This document shows, piece by piece, positions 19,508 through 26,991 of a stretch of DNA of 64,000 nucleotides (the stretch's first letter is position 1; each line of letters starts with the position of its first letter). Below the pieces are notes generated by a model. It did not search any database. It had not been told where the DNA came from and saw only the letters and a program-made list of their open reading frames with translations. Source of the DNA: a bacterium (GTDB lineage Bacteria > Electryoneota > JAOADG01). Position numbers and translations under genes: made by a program. The stretch is from assembly GCA_963681965.1 (NCBI GenBank), contig OY820579.1, positions 3,072,001 to 3,136,000 of the forward strand, written 5' to 3'.

Positions 19508-20302
19508 TTACATCGTAAATTTGATGGTTTGCGCGATCCAGACTTCCACCGGTTGCTGATTATTCAGTGCCGGTTTGAATTTCCAACTTCGCACCGCTTT
19601 GACCGCTTCGTCTTCGAAACCAAGACCGGACGGATTGGACTTCACCACCACAACCTTACTGACAGCTCCCTGCCGGTTCACCCGAATCTGTAACACCACG
19701 CTGCCCGTAACATGCGCAGCACGCGCCAATTCCGGGTAAGCAGGTTGATTCTTCACTACCAATACCGGTTCATCCTCATAGGGTATGAACTTCGCATATT
19801 CCGGTACAGTATCGGTCACCGGTGGATTGATTACTGCGATTCCCGATCCACCTTCCGTTCCCGCACCTGTACCTGATCCATTACCCGTACCACTACCGGA
19901 ACCCGGTTCGTCTGGATAGCGGTTTTCATCCTTGGTTGATATCACAATCGTGTCGGGTACTTCTTGATCGTGAGTCAATCTGAATTTCTCGGTTTTCGGC
20001 GGAATAAACTCTTTAATCCTGAGCCGAATTCTATCAGAAACATCTTTGATAATCGTAGGCGGACCGGGATTGATGATCACCACTCCTCCCGTTCCGGTTG
20101 GAGGTGTTATCGATAGTGAAATATCGAACTGTTTCAATAAGAGAACTGTGGCTCCAATCAGAGTCCAGAGCGTAAGAGTGGCGATTGCGACGGCGCGTAT
20201 CAGGTTGGGACCAACGACCGAGCGAAGAACCAATGCGCCGTATTCCCGCGCGAGCAGTTCATCGTAAATCGTCAGGTTAGCATCTGCTGTTTTCGTTTGC
20301 AT
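19508..20302 (-). CDS. tonB: Energy transducer TonB
   Basis: N-terminal TM helix, P/G-rich linker, TonB_C domain: PAYPELARAAHVTGSV...AVKAVRSWKFKPA. Confidence 0.9.
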   Translation of the reverse strand: MQTKTADANLTIYDELLAREYGALVLRSVVGPNLIRAVAIATLTLWTLIGATVLLLKQFDISLSITPPTGTGGVVIINPGPPTIIKDVSDRIRLRIKEFIPPKTEKFRLTHDQEVPDTIVISTKDENRYPDEPGSGSGTGNGSGTGAGTEGGSGIAVINPPVTDTVPEYAKFIPYEDEPVLVVKNQPAYPELARAAHVTGSVVLQIRVNRQGAVSKVVVVKSNPSGLGFEDEAVKAVRSWKFKPALNNQQPVEVWIAQTIKFTM

Positions 20303-20776
20303 GGTTCATCCTCCCTATTCGTTGTAACCGCTCGCACCTCCCACATTCATCGCATCGACAACTGAATAACGTGTAATGAACCGACATTGACATTTCCAGC
20401 AAATCGACCGAATGCAGATGGTGTTTGTGGTTGTTGTTTGTCGATCGTCAGCTTCCGGTGAAAACCGGGCTGATCCTTCCAAATCCGGGTTTCCCCGCAG
20501 CGAAACCCTTCTATAAATAAGATAGTATATCTCCTCCGAAAAATAAATAGCGAATATCAAACTATCTCATTTTATTTCAATCTCGTTCGTGAACTTGAGC
20601 GCAAGTGTACACGATAATCCGTTATTACCTGATAATTAAGAACATTTGCTTCGAGCTAAAATCGATTGAGAAAATCCGCATTCCAAAGTAACTTGATCGA
20701 GACCCACAGCGATCCACGGCTTCACCTAATTCGAAAAAGTCAAGTTTCATCTCAATCTTGGACATTGGAGACTGCA

Positions 20777-22546
20777 ATGAACTCTCGATTCCTGCTAATT
20801 ACAGTTGTTCTTCTTTCAATTTTACTGCTACCTATCACCGGAAGTTGCAAACCAATCGCTCATCCGGTCCGCTTTTCAATTCTTGGAGATCGCACCGGCG
20901 GTCATGAAAAAGGGATCTACGAAGGGATCATTTCCGAAGTGAATGCACTACATCCTGATTTTACCGTTACAGTCGGAGATATGATTGAAGGCTATTGCAA
21001 ACCCGAACAGGCAGAAAAACAGTGGCAAGAGTACAAACAAATCATTGCGAAATTGCAATCGCCAATCTATTACACACCGGGTAATCATGACTTGGATTTC
21101 CCCGGACTCGAACAGATCTATCGCAACAACATCGGTAAACCGTATTACTCGTTCGAACGCGACAACATCCATTTTACGATTATCGACAATAGCCGCTGGG
21201 AATGTTACGATTCCCTTCCCCGGGAGCAAAAAGATTGGATCGAACAAGATCTGAGTGCCAAGACTACTGCCGCCTATAAAATTGTGCTGATGCACATACC
21301 CTTCTGGTCGCTGGCACTGGATCGTCATCAACCCGACAATCTGCATGCGATCCTGAAACGAAACGGTGTCGATGCCGTTTTCTGCGGTCATCACCACCAT
21401 TATTATATGGAACGTATCGAGGGGATTTTATATGTCGCTTGCGGTAGCAGCAGTGGCATAATCTTAGATCCGATCAAACAGAATACATACATGCATCATC
21501 TGGTAACTGTCGATTCGAATGGCATCGAAATTCATCCGATCTGTAATGGGATCACGAAACCAATGGATATGTATTCGTATGAAGATCAATTGCAAGGTTG
21601 GAGACTGGGTCACGAATCGATACCGGAGTTTCATACGACCAAATGCATGATCCCCGTTCTGAGTAATCCCACGGATCATCTGGAAATTACGAATTGTGAG
21701 CTGGTATTTAAAAATGTCAGTAAATTTTCTCAATCGGATACGTTTCATTTGACCACTGTTGATGGCTGGGAAATCACTCCAGCATCGATTCCATTCGCAA
21801 CGAAACCGGATGAAACCTTCAAGATTACTTGGTCTGCCAGACCGATCAACAGTTCCGCTTCCTATCCAAAAATATCGCTGTCGACAAATTTTATATTCAA
21901 TCCGAACAAGCCAGTAATGAAGTACGAAATTCCAATTCAAGTGAATCGCAAATTACTCTGCGAAACTGCATCGGTATTGCCTACTCTGGATGGAGTGATT
22001 CAACCGGATGAATGGCATCAGCCTGTCACAGTCTTGTTCGATCTTAATGGGGAAAACTCACATACCGAACCGACCAAATTCTATTTCACTCACTCTCAAC
22101 ACGATTTGTATATCGCAGTGGAATGTACCGAATCAAATCCGAAATCGATCATTGCTAACGTTAATCAACGCGATGATAACAATATCAGTTCGGACGACTG
22201 CGTCGGTTTCTTTTTTGGAGTAGGTGAACTACCCGCCTCGATTTATCAAATTTACTTTACAACGAATGGATCCGTTTTCGACGGCGAATATTCCTACCGA
22301 AATGGTCATCTTGGTAAAGTCGACTTGAAATGGAATAGCGAGTACGAAGTGAAGACGCACATTGGAACGAAATCATGGAGTATCGAAATTCGAATACCTC
22401 TTGCGCAATTGGGTCCGAATGCCGAGATTGAAAAAAATTGGAAACTCAATTTCCGAAGACGTCAACAGCGAACTCATTCTGTCGCAGATTGGGAACCATT
22501 GGACCGCGACTTAACCGCAAAATATGGGTCGATGGAATTTCGGTAA
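20777..22546 (+). CDS. Secreted calcineurin-like metallophosphoesterase with a C-terminal CBM9-like sugar-binding domain
   Basis: GDRT, VGDM, PGNHD, MHIP, CGHHH; C-terminal PTLDG...W, DCV.FF, WSIEIRIP, NFRR. ATG 20777 has a GGAG RBS and starts a signal peptide. Confidence 0.82.
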   Translation: MNSRFLLITVVLLSILLLPITGSCKPIAHPVRFSILGDRTGGHEKGIYEGIISEVNALHPDFTVTVGDMIEGYCKPEQAEKQWQEYKQIIAKLQSPIYYTPGNHDLDFPGLEQIYRNNIGKPYYSFERDNIHFTIIDNSRWECYDSLPREQKDWIEQDLSAKTTAAYKIVLMHIPFWSLALDRHQPDNLHAILKRNGVDAVFCGHHHHYYMERIEGILYVACGSSSGIILDPIKQNTYMHHLVTVDSNGIEIHPICNGITKPMDMYSYEDQLQGWRLGHESIPEFHTTKCMIPVLSNPTDHLEITNCELVFKNVSKFSQSDTFHLTTVDGWEITPASIPFATKPDETFKITWSARPINSSASYPKISLSTNFIFNPNKPVMKYEIPIQVNRKLLCETASVLPTLDGVIQPDEWHQPVTVLFDLNGENSHTEPTKFYFTHSQHDLYIAVECTESNPKSIIANVNQRDDNNISSDDCVGFFFGVGELPASIYQIYFTTNGSVFDGEYSYRNGHLGKVDLKWNSEYEVKTHIGTKSWSIEIRIPLAQLGPNAEIEKNWKLNFRRRQQRTHSVADWEPLDRDLTAKYGSMEFR

Positions 22547-22582
22547 AGATATATTCTGCTGATTCACGTCTCGCTAAAAATC

Positions 22583-22609
22583 GAACCGCCTCTGACAAGG
22601 AGGCGGTTC
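22583..22609. terminator. Terminator between the convergent phosphoesterase and flagellin genes
   Basis: GAACCGCCTC-N7-GAGGCGGTTC. Confidence 0.7.
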
Positions 22610-22639
22610 TGGAGAACGGAGCAGAATGATAAGATGATC

Positions 22640-23482
22640 TTAGCCGACGAGCTGAGCGACTTGCTGTGGCGTCTGATTGGCTTGCGATAGCATCGAGATG
22701 CCAGTCTGCATCAAGATTTGAGCGCGAACGAAATTCGACATTTCCACTGCGATATCGGCATCGCGAATTTGCGACTCGGAAGCAGTTGCATTTTCGTGAG
22801 CGATTTGAATATTTGTGATCGAATTCTGAAGACGACTGACATAGGCACCCAATCGTGTACGTTCGGAATCTTTGGATTGGATTGCGACATCCAACGTATC
22901 GATTGCTGCTTGGCTAGCGACGGTGTCGGTAACACTCAGTGCACCGATTCCGAGCGCCTGTGAAGTCATGCTGTTGATGGAAACATAATAATAATCTTGA
23001 TTCTGGATATTGTTCGTTCCGATGTGGAATTTGATACCATTGGAACCGGATCCGGAGTATGTACCATTCAATAAGTAGAGACCATTGTAATTGGTAACAC
23101 TGGCGATACGCGTAATTTCACTCTTTAATTGTTGGAACTCAACATCGAGTGCACCACGGTCGTTTCCAGTCAGCGAGCCATTGGAAGCTTGTACTGCAAT
23201 GGAGCGTAGTCGAATTAATTTTTCATCGATCACCGACATCGAGCCTTCGGCAGTAGACAGGAGGTTGATATTGTACTCCATGTTCCGTTCGGCTTCAGTC
23301 ATTGAATCGATTTGAGCGCGGAAACGTTCCGACACGGCTAAACCGGCGGGATCGTCCCACGAATTGTTAATACGGAGTCCACTTGATAGACGATTGATCG
23401 CCGTATCGAGAGATTTCTGGGTTGCGTAAATATTACGTTGTCCTGTTATCGACAGGATATTGTGATTGATTCGGGTAGACAT
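22640..23482 (-). CDS. fliC: Flagellin (short, 280 aa)
   Basis: RINHN...RLSSGLRIN..DDPAGLAVSE; ASESQIRDADIAVEM...LSQANQTPQ. Confidence 0.96.
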   Translation of the reverse strand: MSTRINHNILSITGQRNIYATQKSLDTAINRLSSGLRINNSWDDPAGLAVSERFRAQIDSMTEAERNMEYNINLLSTAEGSMSVIDEKLIRLRSIAVQASNGSLTGNDRGALDVEFQQLKSEITRIASVTNYNGLYLLNGTYSGSGSNGIKFHIGTNNIQNQDYYYVSINSMTSQALGIGALSVTDTVASQAAIDTLDVAIQSKDSERTRLGAYVSRLQNSITNIQIAHENATASESQIRDADIAVEMSNFVRAQILMQTGISMLSQANQTPQQVAQLVG

Positions 23483-23641
23483 TTCCTACTTCCCTCCCCT
23501 GGCTCGGGTAGGCCTGCGCGGTGGCTAGGCCCGGCCCGGATCGGTGTTATGCGAATGCCGCCCGAAGGCGGCGTTTCGACGAATGAATAATAATTGATGA
23601 ACTTCTAGCTCGGCACTTCCACTAGGGATCATCCAGAACCG

Positions 23642-24040
23642 TTAGGGTCCGCCAGTTCGCTCATTGGCTTTCTGGAAGAACTTCCGCAGTAAGTAGTCAG
23701 ACATTGTCTCGGCTAACTTATCCAATCCGGTTTCAGGTTCGGTATGTTCCGGTGCACTTCCGTTTACCACAACATCTTTGACTTTGCCGTACTGAACCTC
23801 GAGCTTCCGTCGGGCTCCTTCCAGGGTAAACCCTTCCTCATGCACCAGGCGACGAATATTTTCGAGCACTTCGACCGTGTGTCGGTCGTAACGCCTTTGG
23901 TTACCTTCCGTTCGAAGGGGACTCAGAAAATCACTGAATTCCTTCTCCCAGAAGCGGATCGTCGGTTTGGGGATCCCGGTTAGTGCGTTGACCTGCCCAA
24001 TGCTATAAATCTGATCGGGAGGACCAGCGAACTGAACCAT
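23642..24040 (-). CDS. MerR-family (MlrA-like) HTH regulator
   Basis: YSIGQV..LTGIPKPTIRFWEKEF...RTEGNQRRY...GFTLEGARRKL. Confidence 0.9.
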   Translation of the reverse strand: MVQFAGPPDQIYSIGQVNALTGIPKPTIRFWEKEFSDFLSPLRTEGNQRRYDRHTVEVLENIRRLVHEEGFTLEGARRKLEVQYGKVKDVVVNGSAPEHTEPETGLDKLAETMSDYLLRKFFQKANERTGGP

Positions 24041-24082
24041 GATTTCCTCACTTCCTGGTATCGGTTCCGCTCTCCAGCACTT

Positions 24083-24109
24083 CTATCGTTTATTTATGGA
24101 AAAGCTTTA
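24083..24109 (-). promoter_or_regulatory. Putative sigma28 promoter for merR and the downstream flagellin
   Basis: Minus strand reads TAAA-N15-AACGATAG; consensus is TAAA-N15-GCCGATAA. Confidence 0.6.
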
Positions 24110-24276
24110 ACGATTTTCTTTTGAACTCACAGAAACTTAAAGTGTTAGTAGAAGTGTCTACCCGAATTCTTCTTCATCTTACACTTTAATTATTCTTGAC
24201 GGCTTGCATGAAAATCGTACAGTCTACACAGATCCAGTCAGCTCCGCGCAGAGTGACTGGATTGAAAGTGTTCGAC

Positions 24277-25119
24277 TTACCCGATCAGCTGTGCTACAAC
24301 TTGCGGCAACTGGTTTGCCTGACCCAACATCGCCATTCCGGACTGATACTTCATCTGATTGCGCAGGAAGTTCGACATTTCCGCTGCGATATCGGCATCG
24401 CGAATCTGCGATTCGGCATTGGAAGCGTTCACTTGCTGCGTCTGAAGATCCAGGATTGTGTTCTGGAGCCGGTTGACGTAAGATCCTAAGCGAGTCCGTT
24501 CGGAGTCTTTCGATTCGATCGCGGTATCGAGTTCGGAAATACATGCTTGGCTGTTTACGGTATTCAACACATCCATGTCGGCGATCTTTAACGCATCGGC
24601 GGTCAAATTCGACATACTGACATAATAGTAGTCGATGCCAAACGTATTGTTGGTGCCGATATGCAGCTTGATACCATGCGATCCGGTACCGGAGAATGCG
24701 CCATTCAATAGATGCAGACCGTTGTAATTGGTGATGTTCGCGATCCGGTTGATTTCTGACTTCAACTGTTGGAACTCAAAGTTGATTGCGATACGATCCG
24801 AATCGGTGAGTGCACCATTCGATGCATCTACAGACAATGCGCGCATCTTGATCAGTTTTTCGTCGATAATCGACATCGAACCTTCTGCCGTGGCGAACAT
24901 GTTGATCGAGATATTCGCATTCTTTTCAGCTTCCGCCATCGAAGAGATTTGTGCTCGAAGTTTCTCGGACATTGCCAAACCGGGTGCATCGTCCCACGAA
25001 TAGTTGATGCGAATGCCGCTGGAAAGTCGTTCAACAGCAGTTTCCAATGACTTCTGGGTATCGTAAATATTCTTCTGTGCGGTCAGCGAAAGAATATTGT
25101 GATTAATTCTGGTACTCAT
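24277..25119 (-). CDS. fliC: Flagellin (short, 280 aa), second paralog
   Basis: RINHN...RLSSGIRIN; NAESQIRDADIAAEM...LGQANQLPQ. Confidence 0.96.
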   Translation of the reverse strand: MSTRINHNILSLTAQKNIYDTQKSLETAVERLSSGIRINYSWDDAPGLAMSEKLRAQISSMAEAEKNANISINMFATAEGSMSIIDEKLIKMRALSVDASNGALTDSDRIAINFEFQQLKSEINRIANITNYNGLHLLNGAFSGTGSHGIKLHIGTNNTFGIDYYYVSMSNLTADALKIADMDVLNTVNSQACISELDTAIESKDSERTRLGSYVNRLQNTILDLQTQQVNASNAESQIRDADIAAEMSNFLRNQMKYQSGMAMLGQANQLPQVVAQLIG

Positions 25120-25170
25120 CCTACTTCCTCCTCCTGCGATTGGTTAACCGCTTGTGCGGTGTCAGTTCTA

Positions 25171-25197
25171 TCATCGGCAACCGGAAGCAGAACTTTA
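25171..25197 (-). promoter_or_regulatory. Sigma28 (FliA) promoter of flagellin
   Basis: Minus strand reads TAAA-GTTCTGCTTCCGGTT(15)-GCCGATGA, a near-perfect consensus 52 nt upstream of the ATG. Confidence 0.85.
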
Positions 25198-25391
25198 ACT
25201 ATTTTTCATTATTCAGAAGAGAGTTTCTTAATGTATTATTATCATAATAGTTATGTAGTGCATGAGCTTATCTTGAAGCAACTATTTACTGATTTACACT
25301 CCAGTTCAGTTAGGATTCTGAGAGCACGCTCAAAAAAAATCCAAGGTAACATTGTTACCTTGGATTTGGCTGCGTTCAAAATGGATTTGTC

Positions 25392-26810
25392 TTATTGCGC
25401 GGGAAGAACCAATGTCCGCAGTTCCATCATTTCCTGCATCGCAAATCGAACCCCCTCACGACCGCTTCCCGAAAGTTTCACACCGCCATAAGGATAGGAG
25501 TCTTCGCGGAAAGTCGGAATGTCGCCGGCAATCAAACCGCCGACATGAAGCTGCTCAAATGCAGCAAGGACGCGTTTCAAGTCGGTAGTGAAGTAACCAG
25601 CTTGCAAGCCATACTTCGAATCTTCGATTGCATTGATTCCAGCTTTCCAATCAGACACCGGCGCCACCCAGCACACAGGACCGAAGACTTCCTCTTGCGC
25701 GAGTCGACAATTGTGTGGAACATCGATCAGTAGCGATTGCCCTAACCGGTTACCCACGCGGTTGCCACGAACCAGAATCGATGCGCCTCCAGCTTTCGCC
25801 TCGGCAATCCACTCCTCTACTCTGATTGCAGCGGCTTCCGAGATCAGACACGCGAAATCGGATCGTTCGTCAAGTGGATTGCCTAATTGTAATGTGTTAA
25901 CCGCATCCTTGAACCGCTTAATAAATTCCTGATACCGTGTCTCAACGACAAATATCCGTTGTACCGAGATACAGACTTGACCAGCATACGAGTAAGCCCC
26001 GATCAAACATCGCTTCACTGCAAATTCGAGATCGGCAGTCTCATCGATCAATACCGCGCCATTCCCACCCAATTCGAGAGCCACCGGTACATCGGCTAAT
26101 TTCCGCAATTTCCATCCGACCAGCGCACTTCCGGTAAACGAAACGAACTTAATTCGCGGATCCGACACAAACGGCTCGATTGTCTTCCCATCGCAGGGAA
26201 TCACTTGTAATACACCGGGTGGAAAACCGGCTTTCGCGACCAATTCCGCCAGTCGTAATGCCGTCAACGGAGTCTGTGGCGCCGGTTTTAACACGATCGT
26301 ACAACCGGCAGCGAGTGCCGGTGCCACTTTGTGCGCAACCAAATTCAAGGGGAAATTGAACGGCGTAATTCCTAGTATCACGCCACGCGGAAAGTGCTTG
26401 ACTATCGCCGATCGACCATGTGCGGCAGCGGTTCGATCCAAGTTCAAATATTCCCCGTCACCCGAGCGAACAGTTTCTTCCGCTGCCAAACGAAAGGTGG
26501 CAATCGCGCGGAATACTTCACCCCGGGCATCGCGAATAGGTTTGGCGGCTTCTTGCGCAATCAACTTTGCCAGCTCTTCGCTTGCATTCGCTAGCAGCTC
26601 GACTAATTTCAGTAACCAATCGCACCGCTGGTAGAGTGGGGTTTGTGCATACCCCGGAAAAGCGCGCTCGGACGATGCAATTGCAGCGTCGATTTGTGTA
26701 CTCGAAGCTTGATTGAAGTCGACGAGCAGCTCGCCACTCCATGGGGCGCGGACTTGATACGGTTCACCTGTTCCGGTCACAGACTGATTGTCGATCCAGA
26801 TGTAGGACAT
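25392..26810 (-). CDS. Aldehyde dehydrogenase family protein
   Basis: ITPFNFPLNL, KPA, SFTGS, LELGGN, GQVCIS, EEVFGP, YGGVKLSGSGREG. Confidence 0.95.
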   Translation of the reverse strand: MSYIWIDNQSVTGTGEPYQVRAPWSGELLVDFNQASSTQIDAAIASSERAFPGYAQTPLYQRCDWLLKLVELLANASEELAKLIAQEAAKPIRDARGEVFRAIATFRLAAEETVRSGDGEYLNLDRTAAAHGRSAIVKHFPRGVILGITPFNFPLNLVAHKVAPALAAGCTIVLKPAPQTPLTALRLAELVAKAGFPPGVLQVIPCDGKTIEPFVSDPRIKFVSFTGSALVGWKLRKLADVPVALELGGNGAVLIDETADLEFAVKRCLIGAYSYAGQVCISVQRIFVVETRYQEFIKRFKDAVNTLQLGNPLDERSDFACLISEAAAIRVEEWIAEAKAGGASILVRGNRVGNRLGQSLLIDVPHNCRLAQEEVFGPVCWVAPVSDWKAGINAIEDSKYGLQAGYFTTDLKRVLAAFEQLHVGGLIAGDIPTFREDSYPYGGVKLSGSGREGVRFAMQEMMELRTLVLPAQ

Positions 26811-26991
26811 GGAATCTCCCGATCGAAGTATTTTTAGAAGGTAATAAGGGTAATACTTAGTAACAAAAGCCGTCGGAGCACGATGAAATAAAAAAAAATC
26901 GCAGTGATCGTTTTACTTCCATTCATGACACTCATTTAATATATTGCATACAATACAATTCAATTATCAATTGGACTGAAGCGAGGTCATT

